Positions 25,749-39,339 of a DNA stretch of 64,000 nt are shown in pieces. Within the stretch, counting starts at the first letter, position 1. Each line of letters opens with the position of its first letter. A model generated the notes under the pieces. It was given only the letters and a program-made list of their open reading frames with translations. It searched no databases and was not told the DNA's origin. Where the stretch lies: contig MU004189.1 in NCBI GenBank assembly GCA_010093605.1, forward strand, positions 627,834 through 691,833, written 5' to 3'. The position numbers and the translations under genes are program-made. Source of the stretch: Lophium mytilinum (lineage: Eukaryota).

Positions 25749-28700
25749 GGCGCTTGATTTCTGGGGTATAGGTGCGCGAATGCGCTGATATTGAGTAGAG
25801 CCGGAGTTTGTGGTTCTGTGGTTCGTGTTTGATCAGAGAGAAGGCAATCGGTGTGAGGCGAAGAGGTATGGAGGTAAAATCTCGGCAGATCTGGGTTCCA
25901 TTGTCTCGTCAGTCGAGTTTCAGACAATGAGGCTGAATAATGAAATGTCTCCAGGGACGGAGGAATGCAACACCGCCGACTCTCGCTCGCCAAGGTCCTT
26001 TGCGAAGACTCTTTCGACGTCAACCTCAGCCTTCGCGAAGGGGCAGCGCACGAGGACCGATCTCCACCCATCCTCCACCGGAACATTGGCAGATGCAATG
26101 CCTATCTAAAAAACAAATGTGCAGCTCCTCAAGCCCGGAGGACCCTGCGGCGCACAGTAGAAAAGAGGAAGGCCCACTTACCAGGTCGACGCTGACTCGG
26201 TGGTGCTGCCCTGACTGCTATCGCACACTACGATATGCAAACAAGCTGATTGTCGATGTTTGAGGAATGGTCCGTAGATGAGTTTGACGCAGGAACCGTG
26301 GCTCGCTCGGACTTTGTTCCTCTCGGACCAGATTTGCAGGCGCACAAGCTGCGGCGGTCGAGGATTGTGGGGGACGATGCAGCCAGCCGGCGGGCGATGG
26401 GTAGCAACTTGGCTGCGTAAAAGCCGGTGCTGTCAGGGGGAGCGGTGCCCTGGCGGGGTAGGTAGGTCTTCTGAGCAACAACTCGGTCAGCGTCGGGAGG
26501 CCTTTCTCGCTTGCCCGCTGGCAGAGCACGCGGAAGAATCGTGGTCGTCGACAGTGGCTTACCTTGGTGTCGTGGCGGTTGCAGGTGGTCGAAGGCTATC
26601 GTGAGTGCGGCGCGGCCTGGATGGCGGGGTTGGAGGTTCGCTGGCTGGGGACGGTGGGAGTCAAGCTCGTCAAGCTCGTCGGTCTGGTCGAGCTGCAGGG
26701 TTTCGGCATGCACGTCGCGGGCGGGAGACGGGCAATGGCGGCGGGAACAGAGAGAGAGGAAGGGCACGGAAGGGCAGCGGGGCGCACGAGTGTTTTTGGG
26801 GTCTTGGGGACTTGAATTGAAGCCCCGTTTGCTTGCGATGCGAGCTGCTGGTCGGGCCCCTAAGCGCTGGGAGAGCAGAAAGCACCGAGTCGGCGCCGCC
26901 CCATTGGTGTGGCAGACGTGCATGTCTCACCCGAACCTTCACGCCCGGCCATTGGCATCCCCTCCCTGTCCCAAAGACGCTGCATGCTGCTCTGCGACAG
27001 CGCCTACTGCGCCAGCTTCATTCATCACGCCCCGAATCCCAACAGCGCCCCCTCTGCCGCCCGCTATCCCCTCCGCGCGCGAATCGCAGCGACGGGACCA
27101 TGCCGCCGTCAGCCCCCAGCCGCGGGGAGCTTCCTCGCTCCGGCCAAGCTTTGTAGGGCCATGTCTGAAACCATAGGGCCCCATAGAGTCCTGTTTGACC
27201 TCTGTCCCGTCAATCTTAGCTGGCCTGTAAAGAGGTCGCCCTAAGCCATGCGGATATACACCATCCCGAAGCTATTGGTCCCCTTCGACGACTGACAGCC
27301 CTAGTGTGGAGTGTCACCATTCAATCGACTCACAAACCTGTCTAGCCCCAGCTATCATGAGTCCAGTCTCAGCAAGATAGCAAGGACAAGACCTGTAAGC
27401 TCTATTAGGCACCTTCAAGTCAGACCAACGTTCCGACTACCATGGCTCCACTGGACGACCACCGAGTTTCAGCCTCACAGCCCATCACTCCAAAAGGCCC
27501 ACTTCACAGGCCAGACACCCCTTCCTAGAACCAGCTTGTGTTGGTGAGGGTACTGATGTTTTAGCAAGTACGCCTTGCTCTCTTACCTCCATAGGATCCT
27601 ACCAACGTCCACTGTATTCCGCTTTCGAACCTGAGCCTACGAGCTTCCCTACGAGCTTCAAAACTGAGCAATGACTAAGCGATGACTAAGCTAACGTGGG
27701 TCCATGGCTATGGGGTTCTAAGCTGTACTGCGTGCTCGACTTCTGCAATTTTGGGATTGAAAGGATCGAGAATTCATGATCGAGCAAAGACGACGAGAGC
27801 AGTTCCGGGCAGCAATCAAGAACCTGGAAACTTAGGAGCGACGCAATGCATCCTGTCATGCTCGCCTACGTTATTGATGGCTGGGCTCCTCTTGTGCCCT
27901 CGACACCAACCGCACTCTTATTATAAGCTTCCCTAGAATAATAGATCTAGGTATCTATCGAGGTCGTAGCCACGAAGGTGGACGTCCAGAGGAGGCTCGA
28001 GAGGTCGGGATAGACGAAGATACGGAGCTAGCTAGTAGACTCAGTGCTCGCAGCTCGTGGAGGGAACGCTCGCCGCGGGAGGCTTTCGATAACTTGGTCA
28101 CAAATGGCAACTGGGCTGGAGGAGAGAGAACAAGTGGAGTCGCATGGCATAGCTCTGATAGAAGAGTGTAAAAAGCGAGGGAAGATTAGCAGAGTGAGGA
28201 AGATATTAACGAGGAGAATAGGATGGCCGAAGTTGGGCAGGTGAGTTCAAGACCGGAAACTTTTCTACAACATTTAGCGGTGACCAAATGATAGCTATCG
28301 TAACCATCGCTCTCTTTTAGTCTTCGACGCGGTGCACTGTCGATTTAGTGTCCCGTTGTGATGATATATCACGTGACCGGCTCTATCGAGTGTTCTAGGA
28401 GCCAAATTGAAATCATCACCACGCTTGATTACGGCGCGGTTGACAGAGTATCGAGACGAAAAGCTAAGAAGATTTGATTTAGAATGCCAGTTTGAAATCG
28501 AAGAATGTAGTGATAACACAAAGGTAGCCCGCTAAACGAATTACTAATCACTTTAACTCGACATGCTTTCTAATCACGTCTTTGTTAAGCATGAAGTTAC
28601 TGACAGATATAATTTAGAGTCGCTAAATCGTGTAGCAGCGCTGTTTCCATTACCAGACTGGGTAAGTGATCAATCCCTCCTGTCAGCACTTTGCAGACCT

Positions 28701-29002
28701 CAATGTCGTGACTGTTTTTACGTACACAAATCCACTGCCTCCAAATCCAATTCCTTCAAATCTTCAAATCTTCATTCCTTCATTTCTCTATTTCTTAACA
28801 ATCAGACCTCTCGGCCACCCCGAGGATATCTCAAGTATATATCGGATCCTGCTCTCACCTTTGACTTGACAACGATAATACCACGCTCAGCTTGTGCATC
28901 ACTGATTCCTCTCCTGATATAATTTATAAACTTGTCCCCAACACAACTTCAAAAGCTCTCAAAAACTACCATCAGACTCCAACACTTACGAAATAACTCA
29001 AC

Positions 29003-30133
29003 ATGACCTCCACTCCCAAAGTCGCTCTCATCACCGGGTCCAATGGCATCACCGGCGCAGCCATGGTGAACCAACTCCTCTCCTCCCCGTCCTGGACCCG
29101 CATCATCGCCGTCTACCGCACCACTCCCACCAACATCCCCCAAGACCCTCGCCTCTCCATCGCCCTCGTCGACCTCAGCCAGCCCGCCTCGGAAATCGCC
29201 ACCTCCCTCACAGCCCAGAACGCAACCGGCGTAACGCACTTCTTCCACTTCGCGTACAAGCACCACTCAGACCCGCAAGCCCTCGTCGACTCCAACGTGC
29301 CCATGTTCGCTAACACCCTTACCGCCATCGACGACACCTCGCGCTCGACACTGCAGCGCGTCATCCTCCAAACCGGCGGCAAGACCTACGGCGTCTACTT
29401 CCGCGCCGCGCTCATCGAGCCCACCCCGGAACACCCCATCCACCCACGCGTTTCCGAACCCGCCGCACTGCCGCTCTTCTACTACGGCCAGGAGGACTTC
29501 ATGCTCGCCCTCGCCGCGAAGCGCAGCTGGAAGTGGAACGTGACCGTGCCCTTCTGGATCAACGGCTTCACGAAAGGCAACGGCATGAGCTACGCAACGA
29601 CGGTCGCGATTTACTTCACGCTGCAGAAGGCGGCGGGGCGGCCGGCTGTCTTCGCGGCGTCCGCGACTGATGCGAGCGTGAGTAAGTACATGAAGCCGCA
29701 GCACATGAGCAGCGCGCGGCATATCGCGCGGTTCACGGAGTGGGTGGCCGACAATGAAAGTGTGGGGAACGAGTGGTTTAATATCGTGGATGATACGAAA
29801 ACGACGTTTGCGGATGTGTGGGAGAGCACGGGGAGGTATTTTGGGGTGCCGGTGGCGAACGAGCCGGGCTTCGATCTCATTGCGGATGTGGAGAGGCGGC
29901 TGGCGGCGGGGGAGTGGGATAACGTTGTGGAGAAGTATGGGGGCAGTAAGGAGGCGTTGAAGTATGCGACTTGGGAGACGCTGGCGTGGGCACAGGCTGG
30001 AAACTGGGGTGCGGATGTGAGTATGGATAAGGCGATTAAGGCAGGGTGGACGGAGACGGTGGATACGAATGTGGAGTTGGCGAGGATCTTTGATGAGATG
30101 AAGGAGGCGGGTGTTATCCCTGATATCAAGTAG
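29003..30133 (+). CDS. PRISE/VEP1-like (progesterone 5-beta-reductase, SirQ-like) atypical SDR reductase
   Basis: ALITGSNGITG Rossmann motif, VTHFFHFAY, VILQTGGKTYG, FYYGQED and SMDKAIKAGW; intronless. Confidence 0.85.
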   Translation: MTSTPKVALITGSNGITGAAMVNQLLSSPSWTRIIAVYRTTPTNIPQDPRLSIALVDLSQPASEIATSLTAQNATGVTHFFHFAYKHHSDPQALVDSNVPMFANTLTAIDDTSRSTLQRVILQTGGKTYGVYFRAALIEPTPEHPIHPRVSEPAALPLFYYGQEDFMLALAAKRSWKWNVTVPFWINGFTKGNGMSYATTVAIYFTLQKAAGRPAVFAASATDASVSKYMKPQHMSSARHIARFTEWVADNESVGNEWFNIVDDTKTTFADVWESTGRYFGVPVANEPGFDLIADVERRLAAGEWDNVVEKYGGSKEALKYATWETLAWAQAGNWGADVSMDKAIKAGWTETVDTNVELARIFDEMKEAGVIPDIK

Positions 30134-31092
30134 AGACGCTTTGGGGAGCTGTTTATTGAGAGACTGCTTTAGGTGGAGTTGTTTGCAAAAGGAGTTAGGT
30201 TTCTGCAGATAGACATAGAAGTTACTTGCTATGGATTTGATATTTGGGTGTGTGCAGATACTACCTTTCTTGCTGAAGGAAGGGGTGACGACTTGGACTC
30301 CCCTGTCACGCCCAGTTCTCTGGGTGCTTTCAAGGAAGGCAGACATATCGGAATGCTGGTATTTGATAATCGAGCCCCTGACAATTCGAACGCTCTGGCA
30401 GTCAGTTTCGCTAAAGGCTTCATATCCTCCATCTGTTTACCAGATAACCCAAAACCTAGAAACTGGTTTCCAAGGCACTTCGCCTGATTCTTAATACGTT
30501 GCAGCTCCACAGATGTCTGTACACACCGATTACTTTCAAGGGGCTCGGAAAGTCATCCTTATCCATTGTCACGTGCCCATCGATTCCATCGACCAAGGAA
30601 TACCAAAATAGAAATACTGCCTTGTAGGCAGTTCTGAATGTGATCAAGAGGGGCCCGAAAGCTAGGTTAGCTATCATAAAGTCGTGTTATAACCGCTGAC
30701 TATGACAGGCATGGATTCCACTGTGCCCCATTAAACGCCGGGGCATAGGGGTTTTGGCATGCTGTGCCGCAGTGCTGCGAAGACACAAGATGGACACTTG
30801 TCATTGCTATAAAAATCGGCTTGCTCTAGCTGTGCAAATTTCCAACCTCTTTTGCGTAAGAAGGAGTTTGCATGTTTTGGGGTCAGCTTAAAGGAACATC
30901 AACAACCTGGGCAGCTCTCCGCAAGTCTACCACATCTCAAAATATATCCTGGCTTAACTGACATGATAAAGTTTTGCGCGATTTCAGAAATTGTAGTCTT
31001 TCCATTGTATTGCTTATAGTTGTCGTCGGCATATGCGGCTGTCAAAGTAGTAGCAAAGGTTCTTGCTTGCGACTCAAAGAAACAGACTCCAT

Positions 31093-32994
<1,902 letters not shown>

Positions 32995-33111
32995 ACTATG
33001 GCCAATACGTACTTAAACCTAACATCTCGAAGGTTGGACTATTAGAGGCATTAAAGAAGGGGTCTTGGCTTTATCAAATTGTAGAACGTCGAATTCGTAC
33101 TTTCCCGTTCA

Positions 33112-35661
33112 TTACGTTAGGAATACCGTACACCATTCCGGATTGCACTGCTCCCACCTCCGCATCTCCACAGTGCCGACACAGAGTCTTCGAGCAATAC
33201 CATGCGCGTCCCGCTGGATAATCATCACGTGTAGATACCAAGGGGTGTCACCCGCAGTTGGTAGCATCATGTTCCCTGAGACATGGAGTATCGAGTGTGT
33301 TTGCGCGTACCTCGATTGCTCAGCAAGAATACCAGCAGAGAGGACAATGATCTCGTGCGATGCGCTCGTGTCTAGAATATCTTTTATATAGGCACGATGC
33401 AGTCTTGAGGTTTGGCCGATTGAAGTTCCGCTTTGATCGAGAATCTCGACGTACTCCATGTCGTCCTCGTTTCCTACGTGCTGGGGACGTAATGTGACAG
33501 TTGCTAGAGTTGTAGTGAACACAAGGCTCCCGGGGTACTTTGCTGCCTGTTCTGCAATGGAGCGATCTAGCTCGCGAGAGGATATCGCCCAAGGATTGTG
33601 TGGGCACTTCCGCCACGCGGTCTCCGAATCGCTAGCCGCAGGCATAAACCGCATCTCGGGATACTCGTTGTCAACAGCAGGTAGATCCTGCATACTTTCA
33701 AGCCGCACAGTCTTGAAGAACCAAGCATCATCCGCATCAACTCTTCGCAGACCGTGTTGTGCATCTTGGAAGTAAAACCGAACCAATGTGCCAACTTTAA
33801 GTTTTTCCACTCTCGAGTTCAAGTCGTATATCGCACGACCTTTCCAAGCCGCCCAACTCCAACTCGGGATACCAGGAGCCTCGTCTCTTTTCTGACTTTC
33901 AGCACTGTTTTCCCAGAGGAGAGCCTGTGAGAGGAACCGTTCGGGAAGCCCGAAGATCAATGGGGCACCTTGCTCTTTCGCAAAAATGTTCCCGATGCCT
34001 GCAAATGCATTCAAGATATCACTTCCAAACGACAGGTCCCGCGATGTATAATCTACCACAGTAGTAAAGTATTGTGCAGGTAAATGGAAGTTCCAAGGAT
34101 TCACAGTAGCTCCAAACTCCCCGACATCTTCCTGTTCCGCGTCTCGACGACAAAGAAAATAGGCCTGGAATTCTGTGATGTATATCGCTCGGCGGGATAA
34201 GACACGTTCTTGGTACGTCCATCCACGGGTATTCCAGAAAGAACTTATAACGGTATGCTTGAAATTGTCGACAATAAAGCGGAATTTGGGGTGGAACCTA
34301 CGTGTGTGATCCCACAAAGCAGATCTTCGGGGATGACCGGTCACACCCGGTAAGCCAGCACCGGGGGGAGTTGCTGCGATAATGGTGAAGGCTGCGATAT
34401 TGTAGATACGGTCCATAGCTTGTATTTGAGAATGCTTGGATACCGGGTCATCTTGGACAATGCAGAGCCTATCGACCCAAAGATACTGCTCGTTAAGGCT
34501 TTGGCAGAGGGTTATGGCATCTAGTATAACGGAGGGAATTCCACCGAGCTTAGCTAGCGAACCTTCTTCTTGAAGAATCGTGATGTTCGATCGTTCTAGT
34601 TGGAGTTCCGGAACTCCAGACGGTCCTCCCCATGTGTAACTCAAAGCGGCGTAACTGGTGATGGGCTGACTAGGTAGATCAACGACGCAGAGACGTTGGG
34701 TGTCTATCGCTTTGAACCCCCGAGGTAATGATGTCTGGCTACGATCCAGATCGCACTTGGGTCCATGGTTGTCTCGACATCTTCTAATCCACTTCGAGAC
34801 AAGATCAATATTGATATTCGAGCACTCCCATGGCTTCAAAGAGAGTAGCCGGCTGGTTGAATGTGCGTATTTAAGTTCGAGTTGAAGGCCAATCGTGGGC
34901 TGATGTAGGCCAGGTCCACCCTCTGGAATCGTTCTATGACACCCAAGCACAGGTTTCTCCCGTGGAGAGCCAGTGGTGCTATTCATAAGTTCGTACCCGT
35001 CGACTTCTGGGAAGGTTTGACGTAGTGTCGAGCCTCGAGAGGCTGTTACAACCAGATAGAGTACGACTAGAAACTGCTTTTCATCCGTTTCTGTTTCCCA
35101 CTTGGAAACTTCGAGTGTGTGTGGTAATCGAAGGTCACTAGGATCAATGCTGTGTCTTCCTGATTTCTGGAAAGCAGCGGGGTCGAGGGAATTAAGTGCT
35201 GTCTGCCCCAAGCAGTATGGCCCCATGTTTTGGACCTCTGCTTTAAGCAAGTCCTTTCGTACGGCCTCGTCTGAGACAGTGAATCTAGACAGAATAGCCG
35301 TCGCGACTTGTCGACACATCATGCACTCTTTGCTTTCTAAAAGAGCCCGGAGACTTCTTCCAGGCAACTGCTGCCATTTTTTCGTGTCTCGCAAACACTG
35401 GAACACATGAACTGCGTCGTTCCAAATCTGACAATCTTCACACAGCTGGGGGTTCTGGGCAAGCGACTTTAGACAAATTCCGCAATGCGAGCTGCGACTT
35501 TGTTCTTCGGGGTCGAAAGCAGGTGTGGGTGCTCGTGTTTCTCTGAGAACCAATCCGCGAGGCCGACGTTGAGAGAATCGCGAGGCCTCTCTTGTACTAC
35601 TTGCTAAGCCAGTGCTGGAGGAGATAGCGCCACTGAAACTTGGGACGCGGTTATCGGCCAT
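33112..35661 (-). CDS. HET-domain (heterokaryon incompatibility, PF06985-type) protein, 849 aa
   Basis: YAALSYTWG, YLWVDRLCIVQDD, QIQAMDRIY, WNTRGWTYQERVLSRR, DILNAFAGI and PSWSWAAW; intronless. Confidence 0.92.
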   Translation of the reverse strand: MADNRVPSFSGAISSSTGLASSTREASRFSQRRPRGLVLRETRAPTPAFDPEEQSRSSHCGICLKSLAQNPQLCEDCQIWNDAVHVFQCLRDTKKWQQLPGRSLRALLESKECMMCRQVATAILSRFTVSDEAVRKDLLKAEVQNMGPYCLGQTALNSLDPAAFQKSGRHSIDPSDLRLPHTLEVSKWETETDEKQFLVVLYLVVTASRGSTLRQTFPEVDGYELMNSTTGSPREKPVLGCHRTIPEGGPGLHQPTIGLQLELKYAHSTSRLLSLKPWECSNINIDLVSKWIRRCRDNHGPKCDLDRSQTSLPRGFKAIDTQRLCVVDLPSQPITSYAALSYTWGGPSGVPELQLERSNITILQEEGSLAKLGGIPSVILDAITLCQSLNEQYLWVDRLCIVQDDPVSKHSQIQAMDRIYNIAAFTIIAATPPGAGLPGVTGHPRRSALWDHTRRFHPKFRFIVDNFKHTVISSFWNTRGWTYQERVLSRRAIYITEFQAYFLCRRDAEQEDVGEFGATVNPWNFHLPAQYFTTVVDYTSRDLSFGSDILNAFAGIGNIFAKEQGAPLIFGLPERFLSQALLWENSAESQKRDEAPGIPSWSWAAWKGRAIYDLNSRVEKLKVGTLVRFYFQDAQHGLRRVDADDAWFFKTVRLESMQDLPAVDNEYPEMRFMPAASDSETAWRKCPHNPWAISSRELDRSIAEQAAKYPGSLVFTTTLATVTLRPQHVGNEDDMEYVEILDQSGTSIGQTSRLHRAYIKDILDTSASHEIIVLSAGILAEQSRYAQTHSILHVSGNMMLPTAGDTPWYLHVMIIQRDAHGIARRLCVGTVEMRRWEQCNPEWCTVFLT

Positions 35662-36127
35662 GCTGATAAAATATATCTCGGACTGCTAGGCAGACCGGCC
35701 AAACAGGTTGAGAACCAGCAACACATTGGGAAACTAGTAGGGCAAAGGAAAGCTCGGGGTTAAAAGTATTCGCTGAGTAGTGCGACCTGAGTAGAGGGTG
35801 AGTTGCAGTTGATGTAAGCTTGTATCCGAGTATGGATACGGCGCTTACTTTGTAAGGACTAGACAATCTCTGGGCACTCACTATACTAGCATCAACTGGA
35901 GCACTACACAGCACAGTTATACAAAGAGCTTCTGGAGATGAATACTCCACAATCGTAAGCTAGGGAGAGAGCTGACTCGATAATGTCTTGTTTGCTGACC
36001 ATCTTTTATTAGGCATCAGAAACATGATCCCAACACATCCCCACACGCTCTTAGATGGGCAAAACAATAGTAGAAAGACAACAGCCTCAGGTATCAATGG
36101 GATAAGCATTAGGCTACAAAGCGAATG

Positions 36128-37811
36128 TCACAGAATCTGGTCGCGGGTCGTAATAAACTCCTTGTATCTCCCCAACGTCCACCGCCTCGCCGTCTTGCCC
36201 CAAATAATCATCGGCAAAGATGTCAAGATGAAAACGCAGCTCAAAGCGCCAATCTCACACATGACGTCCGTGACAGACTGCGCCGCAAGCCAGCTGCCGG
36301 TCGCAAACGTGAAAATCATACCAAGGGTATTATTGACGACGGCGACGCCGACCATGCCCTCCAAGCTGGGGAAATGTTAGTTGCTATCTGGGAAGCGGGT
36401 TTGAAGAAACTTACACCATGTCAGGATAGCAATCCATGAGATATGCCATGGAAAGATCTCCTGCGCAGCCCCAGCCAAAGCCAATGAAGCCCAGCCCAAC
36501 GTACGGCACTCGCCAGGACCAGCCATTGTTGGTGCCTATGCCAAAGAGTATGAGTCCCAGTGGGCTGAATATAGCGGCGGGGAACATGAGCCAGAGTCTG
36601 TGCTCGGCTTCTGCAATACCGCCATTCCGCCTAGCCATCCATCGCACAAACACATCAGAGAAGTAGCCACCGTAGATACAGCCGATGAAGGAGCCAATGA
36701 TACATGGGACGTTCATAACGGCGTCTTGTGCGTCAGTGTAGTTCCACGGCGGGCCGTACCAATTGTCTTCTTCGAGCGTGAGGTAAAAGGTCAACCACGC
36801 ATCTTGCGCGCCCCACTGCAATCCGGCGAAAAGGACAGCGGGAAATGTGAAGACACGAAGCATGTGCCACAGTCGTTGGCCATATTGCTTGAACCCGCTA
36901 CCTTTGAGATTGGGAGCGGGCGTGATCAGAGCGATGCGCTTCCAGTACGGCTTGCGAGAGGGGAGAGACTCGAGCTCGCCGACATGTACGACAGAGGCTC
37001 TGCGCTCTTGGAGTGGGTCTTGTACTGGCGATCCCTTCTTTTCTGCGTCACCTTCAGCACTGAAAGCTGGTGGTTCGGGCGATTCACCAGACTGACCATC
37101 GAGTATATGGCGACGGTCAAACGTCGTTTCCTCGAGACCGAAGAAGAGAACCACGAGGGTTGCGCCGGAGATGATGACCGCGAACCAACCAATCCAGCGC
37201 CAGCCCAAGGTGCTATCAGCAATGTAGCCAGCAATCAAAGGTCCCAGGTATGTGCCAATGTTTGTAGACAAGACGTAGAAGCCCAGGACGGTGCCGCGTT
37301 GGTGCTGGAAGAAGATGTCAGAGAGCGACGTCTGGACAAGCGCCTCAGCGCAAGACTCGGATGCGCCGACGAAGAATTGGCTTCCAATTGAGTCGCCGCT
37401 GCTGTGGACACGGGCAAACCAGGCAGCACCGCCGAGGCCCATTGTAATGCAGATCAGGTAGTTCAGCCTGCGACCGTACAGCGTGACGATGGGCGCCAGC
37501 AACAACGTCATGTACCCGATTGCGATGAAAAGCACGCCGGCCGCGTTATTGATCTGGTCGTATGATATCCCAAGCTCTTCATTCTGCGAGTCCGCGGCAG
37601 ACCCGGCGTCGTTGGAGGTGGCCGCGGTCAGAGCTGCTATGAAGCACACGAGCGTTGCGTGCCAGTATCTGCGCGCCGGGCTCCATCGTAGCGGGTCGTC
37701 TGGGTTGGAACTGGGTTGAGGGATGAGTGTGATTTCGCTTGCGTCAAGAGCCCCGTCCGCCTGTACGTCGTAGAGCCGAACGGTACCTGGTAAGCTGGGC
37801 GAGTTTTCCAT
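36128..37811 (-). CDS. HOL1: MFS transporter, HOL1-like
   Basis: LIPQPSSNPDDPLRW, LYGRR, DIFFQHQRG, LGWRWIGW, GLQWGAQDAWLTFY, AEAEHRLW and GDLSMAYLMDCYPDM; one intron near the 3' end. Confidence 0.88.
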
Positions 37812-38245
37812 CGCTATGTATCCATGAAGGAGAGAGGAGTGATATGCACATCTAGAAGCTGAGGAGGAGTAGCTGAACCACTTACTTAATGCTGCGCTAC
37901 CTTATCTCTTAGTCTCTTTGCGGCATGACAACCCATCCCACGGTGGCGTATTTTACTCATGTGATTCGGCAGCAACTAAACCTGGATATCATTGCATTCG
38001 ATGTGACGGCAGTTTGTTTCGTTCTTCTGCTACCCTTGTGCTCGGTTCTCTATCTGGCATGAAAGTCCTGGAGGCGAGACCCAATTGGGAAGGTTGTTCG
38101 TCATCACGTGAGATTTGTCAAATAAGCTCAGCAAGATCATCCTTCTTGTGGTCCCATAATTCTAGCCGACTTTACAAGCTCAGATACACATCAGAGTACA
38201 TACATAGTACACGCACACACGGAGGAGCGATCTTGAGCCGCTGAG

Positions 38246-39136
38246 ATGGCTGGCATCTTCGAGCCGAAGCTCGCACCAGCTCTCCGAACTCATCTCGAAG
38301 GCATTGATCTGCAAGCACTATCCCGCATCGACTCCTCCCGACTCGCGAGCAGAACCATCCCCAGCATCGGCTCGATTGAGCTAGTCAACGCCCACGACTT
38401 CGACAAGAAGTACGATGCGCTCTACATCAAAGCATTCCCCAAAACCGCCGAACGTGAGCGCTCCGACCTCATCGTCGCGCGCCTCGCTGCGCAATTTGCG
38501 GGGAGACGAACCAGCCTTGCGCCGTATCGGATCGTGGGGATCAGGGACGCTGAAGATGAAGCAATCGGGGCAGCTCAGTTCTCTGTCCTTCCGATCAAGG
38601 GGGGCGAGTTTACGGTGCCGTATTTGCAGTACATCTATGTAAGAGGCGAGAATAGACGCCAGGATATGAGCGAAGTGCTGCATACGATCACACTCGCAGT
38701 CGCGGTGGCTGATGCGAGGCAAATGGGCAATAGGATTGTGCCATTTACCGTCTTTGAGACGGAGCCGCCGGGGTATGGGGAAGATGAGGAGAGTAGAGCG
38801 TTTAGTGTGACGAGAGCGCAAGTACATAGCAAAGGGGGTGCCGTGGGTGTAGTCCTAGAGAAGGATGGAAAAGAGGTCAGTCCGCATGTGCAGCCAGGCT
38901 TGGAGGTTGGAGATTCGCCATTGAGCTTGATGTGGGCTGTGAGACAGAGTCCCCTGCCGGGGAGAGAGTGGAGAATAGAGGATCTCGGGGAAGACCTCAT
39001 GGCCGCGTACTATCAGAGCTCAAGGGATGAAGGTTTTCCAGAGGAGAATATCAGGCTTGCAGAGAGTATAGTGAAGGAGAGGTGTAGAGGGAGTGAATGG
39101 AGGCTGATGCCGTTAGATCAGGTCAAGTTCCACTAA
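38246..39136 (+). CDS. Uncharacterised protein with a GNAT (N-acetyltransferase)-like pattern, 296 aa
   Basis: Intronless ORF. LYIKAFP..ERE helix, a beta strand IGAAQFSV and PYLQYIYVRGENRRQDMSEVL resemble the GNAT acetyl-CoA-binding motif A. Confidence 0.7.
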   Translation: MAGIFEPKLAPALRTHLEGIDLQALSRIDSSRLASRTIPSIGSIELVNAHDFDKKYDALYIKAFPKTAERERSDLIVARLAAQFAGRRTSLAPYRIVGIRDAEDEAIGAAQFSVLPIKGGEFTVPYLQYIYVRGENRRQDMSEVLHTITLAVAVADARQMGNRIVPFTVFETEPPGYGEDEESRAFSVTRAQVHSKGGAVGVVLEKDGKEVSPHVQPGLEVGDSPLSLMWAVRQSPLPGREWRIEDLGEDLMAAYYQSSRDEGFPEENIRLAESIVKERCRGSEWRLMPLDQVKFH

Positions 39137-39339
39137 ACTTAATGTACTAATGTAATACACTTCATCACTATGGGAAAGTTTCTTGTCTTCAAGTTCCCGA
39201 AGCAGTTTTTCGCAAACATAACGTCTAGCCTCGCCGGTGTGAAAGCAGCTGTGGCCGTCATAGACGCAATGATACCTCATTCACTCTCAACTTCCCTCAT
39301 CGCTCTCCTCCATCATCGCCAGAACATCAATCCGGCTAG

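Noticed and set aside
25800..27250. Many overlapping ORFs up to 231 aa upstream of the MAP kinase
   Set aside because: The region is GC-rich and open in most frames, with no motifs. It is more likely promoter and long 5' leader; a donor-like GTAAGC lies at ~26560 on the - strand.
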